A DNA stretch of 64,000 nt from Oscillospiraceae bacterium (GTDB lineage: Bacteria > Bacillota > Clostridia > Oscillospirales > CAG-382): positions 1,619-65,618 of the forward strand of contig SVRI01000001.1 of assembly GCA_015064895.1 (NCBI GenBank). Direction: 5' to 3'. Shown here in pieces: positions 18,354 to 27,154 of the stretch. The translations under genes were made by a program, and so were the position numbers. The notes below the pieces were generated by a model, which saw only the letters and a list, made by a program, of their open reading frames with translations, did not search any database and had not been told where the DNA came from. Within the stretch, counting starts at the first letter, position 1. Every line of letters starts with the position of its first letter.

Positions 18354-18971
18354 TCACTTTTTTTGAATATTGTCAATGGGATATATTGTCATATCGGGTT
18401 TTACGGTGTAAAAGCTGTAATGAACAACTCCGTTATAGCTTTCATTTGTATTCCACTCGGCAACAACTTCATATATGTAGTTTCCGTCAAGCAGGTCGCA
18501 AGTATAATCAACACCATACGCGCCGTCGGCAAAATCAACTTCGATTGCCTGCACTTCAATCTCCGTCGCAGGAGAATCGGGGTTATCAATACAACTTTCA
18601 TCCCAGCAACGCACGGTCACCTTGTCGGGGCTTGACTTGTCAAACATAAGAGTTGCGGCAAGAGGCTCAAACCTCGAATACTGACTCGGCAAAAGACTAA
18701 GCGATTCCATATATTCTACCGCCTGTAAAGGATGCATACTGTCACTGCAAAAGCTCTGTCCCGTTCCGTTGTCAAGCGTATATGTCCATGTGGTTGTTCC
18801 TTTAAGTGCTTTAACGCTTTTGTCGGTGCAAGCCACAGTCAAATCGGGAACTGAGTCAAAAACACTTTCGTGATTTTGGCTGTCCGGGTTTTCAACATCT
18901 ATAGTTTCTTTACAACAGCAAAGAGAAATAATGCAGATTACTGCCAATAGTAAAACAAATAATTTTTTCAT
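18354..18971 (-). CDS. hypothetical lipoprotein
   Basis: The signal peptide has a lipobox-like Cys run, MKKLFVLLLAVICIISLCCCKE. I recognise no domain. Confidence 0.7.
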   Translation of the reverse strand: MKKLFVLLLAVICIISLCCCKETIDVENPDSQNHESVFDSVPDLTVACTDKSVKALKGTTTWTYTLDNGTGQSFCSDSMHPLQAVEYMESLSLLPSQYSRFEPLAATLMFDKSSPDKVTVRCWDESCIDNPDSPATEIEVQAIEVDFADGAYGVDYTCDLLDGNYIYEVVAEWNTNESYNGVVHYSFYTVKPDMTIYPIDNIQKK

Positions 18972-19033
18972 CTTGAAAACCTCCTTGTTCTACTTTGTTT
19001 GACGCGAAGAAACCCAAAAAGTTCCATATAAAA

Positions 19034-19816
19034 CTATTCTTTACCAAGATTACGAAGCAGCGTTTTCTTGCCGCGCCATGCGTAAGCACGTTTTGAAAAC
19101 TCATCCTTTGACATATTTTCTATCATATCTGCATCAATTTTTTCGAGTAAATCCCTGTGAAAAAACTCTATCGGAGTAATTTCAACATCCTTGTTGTGAG
19201 GACAAATCTCCTGACATGCGTCGCAACCCCAGACGAGTTTTTGGGAATGAATAATTTCAAGTTCTTCGTCTGTTACATTTTTTCTCTGAGAAAGTTCCGA
19301 CAGACAGTAGTCGCGTTCACCTCTGAGAAATGCACAGTTTTTCCTGCAAAGTCCGCATTTTTTGCAGGATTTTTTCTCACCGCCTGCGGCATATTCATCT
19401 TCATCAAACACGGCGTCCGTAAGAAGAGTTCCGATAAAGATGTAAGAACCGTATTTTTCGCTGAATAAGAGTCCGTTTTGCCCGATAAACCCAAGACAAG
19501 CATCAATTGCCGCACGTCGTTCGTTTATGGGTGAAGTGTCGGCAAAGAATTTAAAATAATGCTCACCGTCACCATCGAATTTTGCCGACAGTTCCTTGAT
19601 ATAAAGGTGGTAATCAAGACTGACGGAGTAAAGAGATACGTTTCTGTTTTGGTGCTTTCCCGTGTAGTAGGGAATGAAAAACATAACACAGCTTTTAGCG
19701 TTTTCGGGCATTATTCTTTCGTTTATGACCGAGACATTCTCTGCTTTGATTGCTGAAAAACATTCTATTCCTTCTCCTAGAAGAAACTCTTTTATTTTCG
19801 TATATACCTTACTCAT
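19034..19816 (-). CDS. QueG-like (epoxyqueuosine reductase family) 4Fe-4S protein, short form
   Basis: The cluster motifs are CKKCGLCRKNC and CDACQEICPHN. The N-terminal region resembles DUF1730. ATG 19816 overlaps the folC stop (ATGAGTAA). Confidence 0.6.
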   Translation of the reverse strand: MSKVYTKIKEFLLGEGIECFSAIKAENVSVINERIMPENAKSCVMFFIPYYTGKHQNRNVSLYSVSLDYHLYIKELSAKFDGDGEHYFKFFADTSPINERRAAIDACLGFIGQNGLLFSEKYGSYIFIGTLLTDAVFDEDEYAAGGEKKSCKKCGLCRKNCAFLRGERDYCLSELSQRKNVTDEELEIIHSQKLVWGCDACQEICPHNKDVEITPIEFFHRDLLEKIDADMIENMSKDEFSKRAYAWRGKKTLLRNLGKE

Positions 19817-21098
19817 TTTTGCCACCCGAAAGGCTAAGATACGCCTGTCTTATCTCGCCCGAGAAATAGAGTGAGCCGAGACAGGCAACAATACCGTCAT
19901 TTCCCGCTCTGTCAAGTGCGGTTTTTACGCCGTCTGCAACAGTGTTGCGGCTTTGTGCTTTTGCACCAAGCTCAGATAAAAGCTTTGCCAAGTCTTCTGC
20001 CTCCATAGCTCTCGGATTGTCAGGTTTTACGGCAATAAATGAATCGGCAAGAGGCAGGAGCATACTCATCATGCCTTTGACATCCTTATCCGCCATGGCA
20101 CCTACGACAAAAACTATTTTTCTGTTTTTGAAATGCTCCCCGAGGCTTTCGACTGTTGCTTTCATTCCGTGGGGGTTGTGTGCTCCGTCAAGGACAAACA
20201 CGGGGTTTTCGCCGAGGATTTCAAACCGTCCTGTCCAAGATACGTTTGCAAGACCGTCATATATGTTTTCATCCGAAATGTTATAGCCTTTTTTACGTAA
20301 AAGCTCAATTGCCGTAATTGCAACAGAGGCGTTCTTTGGCTGATATGAGCCCACAAGACCGAGTTTCAGATTCTTGTATTTATCAAAGTCAAACTCAATA
20401 AATCGAAGTGATGTTTTTACATTTTCTATTTTGTCAAAGCCTGCTGTAACTAGACTTGCACCGACCTCTTTGCATTTGCTGTCAAACACATCGTAAACCG
20501 ACTTTTCGCAGTCATAAAGTGCAACCGATGTGCCTTCTTTTATAATTCCTGCCTTTGCACATGCCACTTCTTCGACGGTTGAGCCGAGAAAGGACGTGTG
20601 GTCAAGGTCGATGGCAGTTATTACCGCTGCTTCGGGACTGTCAATTACATTTGTTGAGTCAAGTTCACCGCCCATACCCACTTCAAGCACAACAATATCA
20701 CAGTTATTTCTGCAGAAATACTCCATTGCAAGTGCTGTTATAAGCTCAAACTCGGTAGGCGGGTCATCCGTCATTGAATCGGAAAAGGGTTTTATATATT
20801 CGCAAAGTTCACACAATTCATCATCGCTTATCATCTCGCCGTTAATCTGCATTCTCTCATTGAAAACATTGATGTAAGGCGAAGTGTACAGACCGGTTTT
20901 ATAGCCTGCCTGACGCAAAATTGAAGCAATACACGCACTTGTCGAGCCTTTGCCGTTGGTGCCTGCAACGTGCACGAACTTCAGCTTTTTATGGGGATTT
21001 CCCAATATGGAAAGAAGGTGCTCTGTTCTTGAAAGACCGGGTTTTGAACCCAGCCACACGGTTTTGTGGATAAAGGAAAGTGCTTCATTAATATTCAT
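19809..21098 (-). CDS. folC: bifunctional folylpolyglutamate synthase / dihydrofolate synthase
   Basis: The translation carries the P-loop HVAGTNGKGSTSACIASIL and a Mur-ligase-like layout. Confidence 0.92.
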   Translation of the reverse strand: MNINEALSFIHKTVWLGSKPGLSRTEHLLSILGNPHKKLKFVHVAGTNGKGSTSACIASILRQAGYKTGLYTSPYINVFNERMQINGEMISDDELCELCEYIKPFSDSMTDDPPTEFELITALAMEYFCRNNCDIVVLEVGMGGELDSTNVIDSPEAAVITAIDLDHTSFLGSTVEEVACAKAGIIKEGTSVALYDCEKSVYDVFDSKCKEVGASLVTAGFDKIENVKTSLRFIEFDFDKYKNLKLGLVGSYQPKNASVAITAIELLRKKGYNISDENIYDGLANVSWTGRFEILGENPVFVLDGAHNPHGMKATVESLGEHFKNRKIVFVVGAMADKDVKGMMSMLLPLADSFIAVKPDNPRAMEAEDLAKLLSELGAKAQSRNTVADGVKTALDRAGNDGIVACLGSLYFSGEIRQAYLSLSGGKNE

Positions 21099-21112
21099 TT
21101 GTTTTCTCTCCT

Positions 21113-21625
21113 TTATCTGATTTTTGAAATTGGCGTTTTAAGAAGCAGATACACAAGCACAAGGTCAATTACAAGGTTTATTCCCATACTCGGAAGTCTT
21201 GTGAGCAGCATTGGAATAAAGGCAACGCCCCTCATCACAGAAAGTCCAAAGGTTGTAATGAGTACGGATGAAAGAATGTGGGTGACAATAATTGCAACAA
21301 AAAGTCTCAAAAAAGTTTTTGTGTTGTTTTTGATTATAAAGCCCGGCAAAAAACCCATGACAAAGGGGGCAAGCGTCAGAATGGGAAAGGGTGCGTATCC
21401 GCTTATGAAACAGCCGACAATATCGCTGACAACCCCTGCAATTCCCCCGACAAGAGGAGACACCAGAATTCCTGCCAGAATAAGAGGAACATTGGATAGG
21501 CTGATGCGTATATCCATCATGTTTGATGCAGGCATGAGAGAAATGACACGTTCAAGAATAATCGAAAGTGCCGCCATCATTGCACCTGCGGTAAGCTTTT
21601 GCAAACGGATTTTGTTTTTTGACAT
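21113..21625 (-). CDS. folT: folate-family ECF transporter S component
   Basis: The translation MSKNKIRLQKLTAGAMMAALSIILERV... is a six-helix membrane protein. The gene lies directly downstream of a THF riboswitch and upstream of folC. AGGAGG lies upstream of ATG 21625. Confidence 0.85.
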   Translation of the reverse strand: MSKNKIRLQKLTAGAMMAALSIILERVISLMPASNMMDIRISLSNVPLILAGILVSPLVGGIAGVVSDIVGCFISGYAPFPILTLAPFVMGFLPGFIIKNNTKTFLRLFVAIIVTHILSSVLITTFGLSVMRGVAFIPMLLTRLPSMGINLVIDLVLVYLLLKTPISKIR

Positions 21626-21796
21626 AAAAATACCTCCTGTGTATGCTGATAAACATACAGGAGGCAAAAATATAAATATGCTTTCGTATGTCAGCCAGCG
21701 GGATGCGAAACCTCGACCGCAAGGGTTTTACCCTTTTCGTCCGCAGGACAACTCCCCGTTCCTGCAGCACTTAACGCCTTGAGATTTCTACTCTAA
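21626..21796 (-). promoter_or_regulatory. THF (tetrahydrofolate, folT-motif) riboswitch with an SD-containing terminator/sequestrator hairpin
   Basis: The minus strand reads UUAGAGUAGAAAUCUCAAGGCGUUAAGUGCUGCAGGAACGGGGAGUUGUCCUGCGGACGAAAAGGG...UUUCGCAUCCCGCUGG. It shares AGAGUAG, GCGUUAAGUG, ACGAA and GCAUCCGCU with the crystallised E. siraeum THF aptamer as I recall it. Downstream, CCTCCTGTATG-N8-CATACACAGGAGG plus TATTTTT occludes the SD. Confidence 0.8.
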
Positions 21797-22035
21797 CTCT
21801 TACTTTTTCTTTTACGGAAAAGAAAAAGATAAGCAAAAAGAAAAGATTTCGGGACTACATTTCAAAACAAGAACTTATCTTTGTTTCCCGAATGGATTCC
21901 CATTTGACCGCCATAAAGCGGAGCGGTCAAATTCGGTTGAATCTCTTTTACAGAAAAGAGAAAGATAAGCAAAAAGAAAAGATTTCGGGACTATGTTTTG
22001 GAAAGAAACTCAAACGTTTTATTCCCGAATGAAAC
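21797..22035 (+). repeat. mosaic intergenic repeat, locus D (H-S-G-H'-S), antisense to both flanking genes
   Basis: H is CTTACTTTTTCTTTT/AAAAGAAAAAGATAAG (21799-21833). G is TTTGACCGCC-N-GCGGTCAAA (21903-21931). The second H is CTCTTTT-ACA-GAAAAGAG (21943-21961), followed by AAGCAAAAAGAAAAGATTTCGGGACT, as after the first H. Confidence 0.75.
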
Positions 22036-22090
22036 TGAAATTTATGCTATTATATTATCACCAATGATTTGTTCTGTCAATAGAATTAAA

Positions 22091-22116
22091 GAAAAATCCC
22101 GCCAGAAGGCGGGACT
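22091..22116 (-). terminator. rho-independent terminator of nagA
   Basis: On the minus strand, TCCCGCC-TTCT-GGCGGGA is followed by TTTTT, 5 nt after the nagA stop. Confidence 0.8.
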
Positions 22117-22120
22117 CTTT

Positions 22121-23260
22121 TTATTTTGCTGCAAAAACCTTTTCAATATTGATATCCTCGTCGAATATAACAATATCAGCATCACAGCCTTCCTTTATAA
22201 GACCTTTGGACTCAAGTCCCATAATCTCTGCAGGAACCTTTGTCATCATATAAACCGCATCGACAACAGAAGCCCCCACATCCTTTGTGAGAACTCTGAT
22301 AAGTCTGTCGGCAGTTGCTATGGAGCCTGCAAACGCACTCTTGTCGAGAAGCTTGCAAACGCCGTCTTCAACAAAGAAGCGAGTACCTAAGGTTTCTACC
22401 TCTTCGCCGTCCTTTGCGACACCTGCAACGGCAAGGCTGTCGGTGATAAGACAAACCCTGTCTCTGCCCTTGATTTTGAGTATAAGCTTTATAAGCTCTG
22501 GGGGCAGGTGCTTGCCATCGGCGATGATTTCAACATACATATCGTCTAGAAGGTAAGCCGATTCAATTACACCAAGACGTCTGAAGCCGTGGTCACGGGT
22601 GATTGTGGACGTGCAGGAGTAAAGATGTGTTACAAGTCTGCAGCCGCTTTCAAAGGCTCTGAGCATATCGGGATAGATTGCATCTGTATGACCTGCGGAA
22701 GCAACAACCTTTGCCTCTGTCAGAGCCTTTGCAAAGGAACCGTCAAAATCGTTTTCAGGCGCATATGACCATCTTGCAACAAGATGTCCCTTTTCTTTAA
22801 GGAGAGGTGCATACTCTTCCTTTACGGGAGGAGTAATTGCATCGGGATTCTGACCGCCGACCTGATTTTTAGAGAGGTAAGGCCCTTCAAAGTGAAGACC
22901 TATAAGATTACTCTTGAGGTTCTTGTCTTCAAGAGCCTTTTCAAATGACTCTACGGCATTTGTCATAACCTTGAAGGGTGCTGCCGATATTGTTGGGCAG
23001 ATACTTGTTGTGCCGTGTTCAAAATGGAAGTTTGCGGCATTTACTATGTCCTCGGCAGAACCCGCAAATTCGCAGCCGGCGCCGCCGTGGCAGTGAATTT
23101 CAATAAATCCGGGGGAAACGTATTTGCCTGTGAAGTCGTAGCTTTCGTCTGCCGCCTTTTCATTCTTTGAAACTTCAAGGATTTTGCCGTTTTCGATGTA
23201 TACATAACCGTCGTAAAGACAGCCTGTCAGTACGATTTTATCGCTTTTAATTCTTATCAT
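22121..23260 (-). CDS. nagA: N-acetylglucosamine-6-phosphate deacetylase
   Basis: The translation contains ...PGFIEIHCHGGAGCEF..., the metal-binding HxH motif of the amidohydrolase fold. The gene is adjacent to nagB. Confidence 0.88.
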   Translation of the reverse strand: MIRIKSDKIVLTGCLYDGYVYIENGKILEVSKNEKAADESYDFTGKYVSPGFIEIHCHGGAGCEFAGSAEDIVNAANFHFEHGTTSICPTISAAPFKVMTNAVESFEKALEDKNLKSNLIGLHFEGPYLSKNQVGGQNPDAITPPVKEEYAPLLKEKGHLVARWSYAPENDFDGSFAKALTEAKVVASAGHTDAIYPDMLRAFESGCRLVTHLYSCTSTITRDHGFRRLGVIESAYLLDDMYVEIIADGKHLPPELIKLILKIKGRDRVCLITDSLAVAGVAKDGEEVETLGTRFFVEDGVCKLLDKSAFAGSIATADRLIRVLTKDVGASVVDAVYMMTKVPAEIMGLESKGLIKEGCDADIVIFDEDINIEKVFAAK

Positions 23261-23265
23261 GGCAA

Positions 23266-24021
23266 TTAAAGAAGTGCGGAGGAATCTCCGTCGAGATAAA
23301 GGATTGCATTAGGATGATTTCTGAGTGCTGTTGCGGGACATTCTGTGCTTATTTCGCCGTCAAGTGTTCTCTTTACGGCATTTGCCTTTGTGGGAGCAGG
23401 AACGATACAGAATGCAAAAGGTGCCTTCATAAGTGTGGGGCATGTAAGTGTGATTGCGTGTGTGGGAACAAGGTCGATGGAAGCAAAGCATCCGTCATTT
23501 ACCTGCTGGTTTCTGCACACTTCGTCAAGCTTTACGGGCTTTGCAATTTTGGGGTCGTTAAAGTCTGCAACAGGCGGGTCGTTGAATGCGATGTGGCCGT
23601 TTTCACCGATACCCATAACAACTATGTCTGTGGGATTTTCGGCAAGAAGCTTGCCGTATCTTTCACATTCAGCTTCGGGGTCGGTTGCTGTGCAGTCGAT
23701 AAGGTTTACCGATTTAAAAGGAACCTTTCCGAAGATGTGGTCAACGAGGAAGTTGCCGAAGCCCTGGGGTGCGTCTTTAGACAGACCGATATATTCGTCC
23801 ATGTGGTATGCGTTGATTCTGTTCCATTCGATGTCGGAAGCAATAAGAGATGCGAGAACATCATTCTGTGAGGGAGCTGCCGCGAAAATCATGTTGATTT
23901 CGTCTTTTTCGGAAAGGAGCTCTACGATTTTATCGTGGATGTCCTTGGCAGCACATGCACCCATTTCATCTCTCGTGGGGAAAATTTTGACATCAAGATT
24001 GTCTACTTTCATTGTTTTCAT
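23266..24021 (-). CDS. nagB: glucosamine-6-phosphate deaminase
   Basis: The motifs are FAAAPSQNDV, MDEYIGL and GIGENGHIAFNDP. AGGAG lies 9 nt upstream of ATG 24021; the track starts at 24054. Confidence 0.9.
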   Translation of the reverse strand: MKTMKVDNLDVKIFPTRDEMGACAAKDIHDKIVELLSEKDEINMIFAAAPSQNDVLASLIASDIEWNRINAYHMDEYIGLSKDAPQGFGNFLVDHIFGKVPFKSVNLIDCTATDPEAECERYGKLLAENPTDIVVMGIGENGHIAFNDPPVADFNDPKIAKPVKLDEVCRNQQVNDGCFASIDLVPTHAITLTCPTLMKAPFAFCIVPAPTKANAVKRTLDGEISTECPATALRNHPNAILYLDGDSSALL

Positions 24022-24037
24022 TTTAGTTATCTCCTGA

Positions 24038-24952
24038 TTAGTTAAAGTCTGCAAATGTTTTTATCTTTTCGCACTTTCCGCCGTTTTCATAAGAGCGGAC
24101 AATTGCATTAAGAATAAATACGGGTGCGAAAAAGTCTTCATAGCTCTGGTGCATTTCGCCGCCGGTGAGAATTGTATGGTAGAACATGAATTCATCCGAG
24201 AATGCCGTACCGAATTCACAGGGTTCCTGAAGACTGCCGTCTGCACAGTCAATGCCAGCAAAATAACGGTAGTTACCGTTTACATATGTACCCTTAACGT
24301 CAACATTGTCATAGTTAAACAGACAGTTATAGAAGTTTTCGTGCTTAACTGCAGTTACGGACTTTGGATAGTAACCGAAGATTTCGCACATCATCTGAAC
24401 AAGGTGCTGGCTGTAGAAGAAGAAACCGCCGTAATTAGACTGTGCATCCATGGGGGCACGGATTGCACCGCCGTAAACTTCGCCCATTTCCTTGTTTTCC
24501 ACGATCTTCTTGTACTTCTTGATTGTTTCATAAAGTCCGCAGACGGAACCGCCCACTACCTTTACGTTGTTTTCCTTGAGTTCGTTCATGAACTTTATTG
24601 CTTCCTCTTCGGAAATTGTAATAGGCTTGTCGATGAACATGGGGATGCCGGATGCGATGTAGGGCTTTGCGTACTTATAGTGGTTGTCGCCGTGACGGGC
24701 TGTTACGATGATACCGTCAACCTTGCCTACGAGCTCATCATAAGAGCTCATCTTGGGAACGCCGAACATCTTGTTCAGTTTTTCCATGGGAGCTTCTTCG
24801 TCGCTGTATACGCCGATTACTTCAACGTCGTTTACAACGGGCTCGGAAACCTTAACGTAGGAAGCACCGTCTTCCTTCTGTTCGCCGTAAATGAACTTTA
24901 AAAATGCATCGGCGTGTGAGTTTTCACAACCGAGAATGGCTATCTTATACAT
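24038..24952 (-). CDS. Gfo/Idh/MocA-family oxidoreductase
   Basis: The N-terminal dinucleotide-binding strand is MYKIAILGCENSHADAF, with GIIVTARHGDNHYKYAKPYIASGIPMFIDKP further on. Confidence 0.7.
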   Translation of the reverse strand: MYKIAILGCENSHADAFLKFIYGEQKEDGASYVKVSEPVVNDVEVIGVYSDEEAPMEKLNKMFGVPKMSSYDELVGKVDGIIVTARHGDNHYKYAKPYIASGIPMFIDKPITISEEEAIKFMNELKENNVKVVGGSVCGLYETIKKYKKIVENKEMGEVYGGAIRAPMDAQSNYGGFFFYSQHLVQMMCEIFGYYPKSVTAVKHENFYNCLFNYDNVDVKGTYVNGNYRYFAGIDCADGSLQEPCEFGTAFSDEFMFYHTILTGGEMHQSYEDFFAPVFILNAIVRSYENGGKCEKIKTFADFN

Positions 24953-24981
24953 ATTTATTCATTCCTTTCACGAAATCTTAT

Positions 24982-25008
24982 AAAAGCGGCGTCGCCGAGG
25001 ACGACGCC
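24982..25008 (-). terminator. terminator-like hairpin between the two oxidoreductase genes
   Basis: On the minus strand, GGCGTCG-TCCTCGG-CGACGCC is followed by GCTTTT. Confidence 0.45.
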
Positions 25009-25022
25009 GTATATATTTTTAA

Positions 25023-26147
25023 TTAGAATCTTACGGGAAGGGGATTCTGGGAGTGAACCGCTTCAATTACGCCGATAACCTTTGCAGACATTTCGGGAGT
25101 AACTGCCAAAGGAGCACCGTTAACGAGGGATTCATAGAAACCGTCGTAGAAGTTCTTTGTTGCAGGGTCGAATTTGTCAAGAGCATTTTCTTCTCTCTTT
25201 GTGTGAGAAGTTGTGTCGAGATTGGATTCAACCTTCCAATTGTCTTCTTCTTCGTGAGCCACAAGCTTTTCCGAGCAGTATGCGGGATTCTTGTTAGCAT
25301 CTTCAAGGGATTCAAAGATAACAGGCTTTTCGGGGTTTTCGCCGTCAACGATATACTTGAGCTTGTAACCTGCTCTTGTTGCAGACAGAGTACCTCTTGT
25401 ACCCATAACCTTTACAACATAAGGTTCGGGGAATGCGTCCATGGAGGATACTTCAACGTCAACTACGGGCTTGCCGGGAGCTGTAAGGATAACCTTTGCA
25501 TAGTCATCAGAGTCACCGGAGGTAAGACCGAGAGCAAGTTTAGAGAATGCTACTTCAATGTTTTCGTCAAATTCAAGGTAGTCAAGTGCAAGACCGATGG
25601 GGTGAGGACCTGTATTGTAGATACCGCCGGCAGCCTTTACCTGTACTGTCTGCCAGTCCCAGCGGCGTGCAAAGCCGTTGAACTGAATGGAGTACTGCAA
25701 GGGTGTACCAATCTTACCGGAAGAGACGATTTCCTTGATACCGAGATGGAAGGGGTTTACGAATGTCTGCTGGAAAGCAGCAATCATAACGCCGTTGTCT
25801 TTAGCTGTTTTGATAAGGTCGAGACATTCATAGTATGTCTTACCCATGGGCTTTTCAACAAGAACGTTGAGTCCGTGCTGTAAAAGATCCTTGGAAATGG
25901 GATAGTGCATTTCGGAATAGGAAGCATTAACTACAACGTCAATGTCCTTTCTGTCATAAAGAGCGGTGTAGTCAGCGAAAACTTCGCAGCCGGGATATTC
26001 TTTAAGCGCTCTTTCTCTTCTGAATTCATCCTTGTCGATTACAACTGCAACTTCATACTTTGTGTTAGCAGTACATCTGAAGAACTGACCGTGGATGTCT
26101 CTGCCGCTTCGGCCCTGACCGATAATGGCAACTCTAACCTTTTTCAT
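25023..26147 (-). CDS. Gfo/Idh/MocA-family oxidoreductase
   Basis: The translation contains MKKVRVAIIGQGRSGRDIHG...LQHGLNVLVEKPM, the classic family pattern. Confidence 0.8.
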   Translation of the reverse strand: MKKVRVAIIGQGRSGRDIHGQFFRCTANTKYEVAVVIDKDEFRRERALKEYPGCEVFADYTALYDRKDIDVVVNASYSEMHYPISKDLLQHGLNVLVEKPMGKTYYECLDLIKTAKDNGVMIAAFQQTFVNPFHLGIKEIVSSGKIGTPLQYSIQFNGFARRWDWQTVQVKAAGGIYNTGPHPIGLALDYLEFDENIEVAFSKLALGLTSGDSDDYAKVILTAPGKPVVDVEVSSMDAFPEPYVVKVMGTRGTLSATRAGYKLKYIVDGENPEKPVIFESLEDANKNPAYCSEKLVAHEEEDNWKVESNLDTTSHTKREENALDKFDPATKNFYDGFYESLVNGAPLAVTPEMSAKVIGVIEAVHSQNPLPVRF

Positions 26148-26308
26148 AATAAATACCTTCCTTTTCGTGAAAAAATATTATTATATTTATTTTTTATTTC
26201 AAATTCATAATAGCACGTATTTTTTGCCATGTAAATGAAAAATGTGTAAAATACTATTGCAAAAAGTGTATAGTTGTGATAATATTGTCGTTGAAGGGGG
26301 CGGATAGT

Positions 26309-27154
26309 ATGAAAACGGTTACGGACAATGTGTTTTCTGATAATAATATTTACTTTAATCATTTTTATGGAGAGGATATTAACAAAGAAGATTTTGCGGG
26401 AGAGCCTCATGTTCATGATGTATGTGAGTTACTGTTTTTAAAGAAAGGAACTCCCAGGTATTTTGTTGAGGGCAAGAGATACAAGCTTCAAAAAAACGCC
26501 CTTGTTTTTTCGCGTCCCGGAGACAGACACAAGATATATTTTGACGAGCCGAGTTCATATGAGAGATACAACATCCTGTATGACGAAAAGAAGATTCCTT
26601 TTGATTTGTATACGAGAATCCCCCCGAATCTTGACATTATAAATTTTGACGGAAACACCGTAGTGTGTGACCTTTTCAAAAAAGCTGATTACTACTGTGA
26701 GCATTTTGAGGGTGAAAAGCTTGGCAGGCTTATGAGCAGTATTATTGAGGAAATATTCTTTAATATTTCCATCGCCATTGACGAAAACAAGGCTACAGAC
26801 CACAGTGCTGCATCGGCTAATCCCTTTATTACTGCCGCACTGGGCTTTATTGAGGAAAATCTCACATCCAATCTTTCAATTGAGACAATCTGTGACGAGC
26901 TTTACATAACAAAAAGCCACCTCCACCACCTTTTTATAAACCATCTTCAGATAAGTCCCAAGAAGTATATTCTTTCAAAACGTTTGAACCTTGCCAAAAA
27001 GGCGATACGTGCAGGACAGAAGCCTATTGAAGCCTGTATGCAAAGCGGTTTTTCCGATTACTCAACCTTTTACCGCGACTACAAAAACCATTTTGGTCAC
27101 TGTCCGTCAGAAGAACTCAACTTTGAACCTGACAGGGGTGTTATACGTTCATAA
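26309..27154 (+). CDS. AraC-family transcriptional regulator (cupin-type sensor domain plus HTH)
   Basis: The C-terminus ...ICDELYITKSHLHHLFINHLQISPKKYILSKRLNLAKKAI...GFSDYSTFYRDYKNHFGHCPSE is a typical AraC HTH. GAAGGGGG lies upstream of ATG 26309. It is divergent from the sugar genes. Confidence 0.88.
   Translation: MKTVTDNVFSDNNIYFNHFYGEDINKEDFAGEPHVHDVCELLFLKKGTPRYFVEGKRYKLQKNALVFSRPGDRHKIYFDEPSSYERYNILYDEKKIPFDLYTRIPPNLDIINFDGNTVVCDLFKKADYYCEHFEGEKLGRLMSSIIEEIFFNISIAIDENKATDHSAASANPFITAALGFIEENLTSNLSIETICDELYITKSHLHHLFINHLQISPKKYILSKRLNLAKKAIRAGQKPIEACMQSGFSDYSTFYRDYKNHFGHCPSEELNFEPDRGVIRS

Noticed and set aside
21066-21782. 238-aa plus-strand ORF
   Set aside because: It is antisense to folT and to the THF riboswitch, has no SD, and has a basic low-complexity composition.
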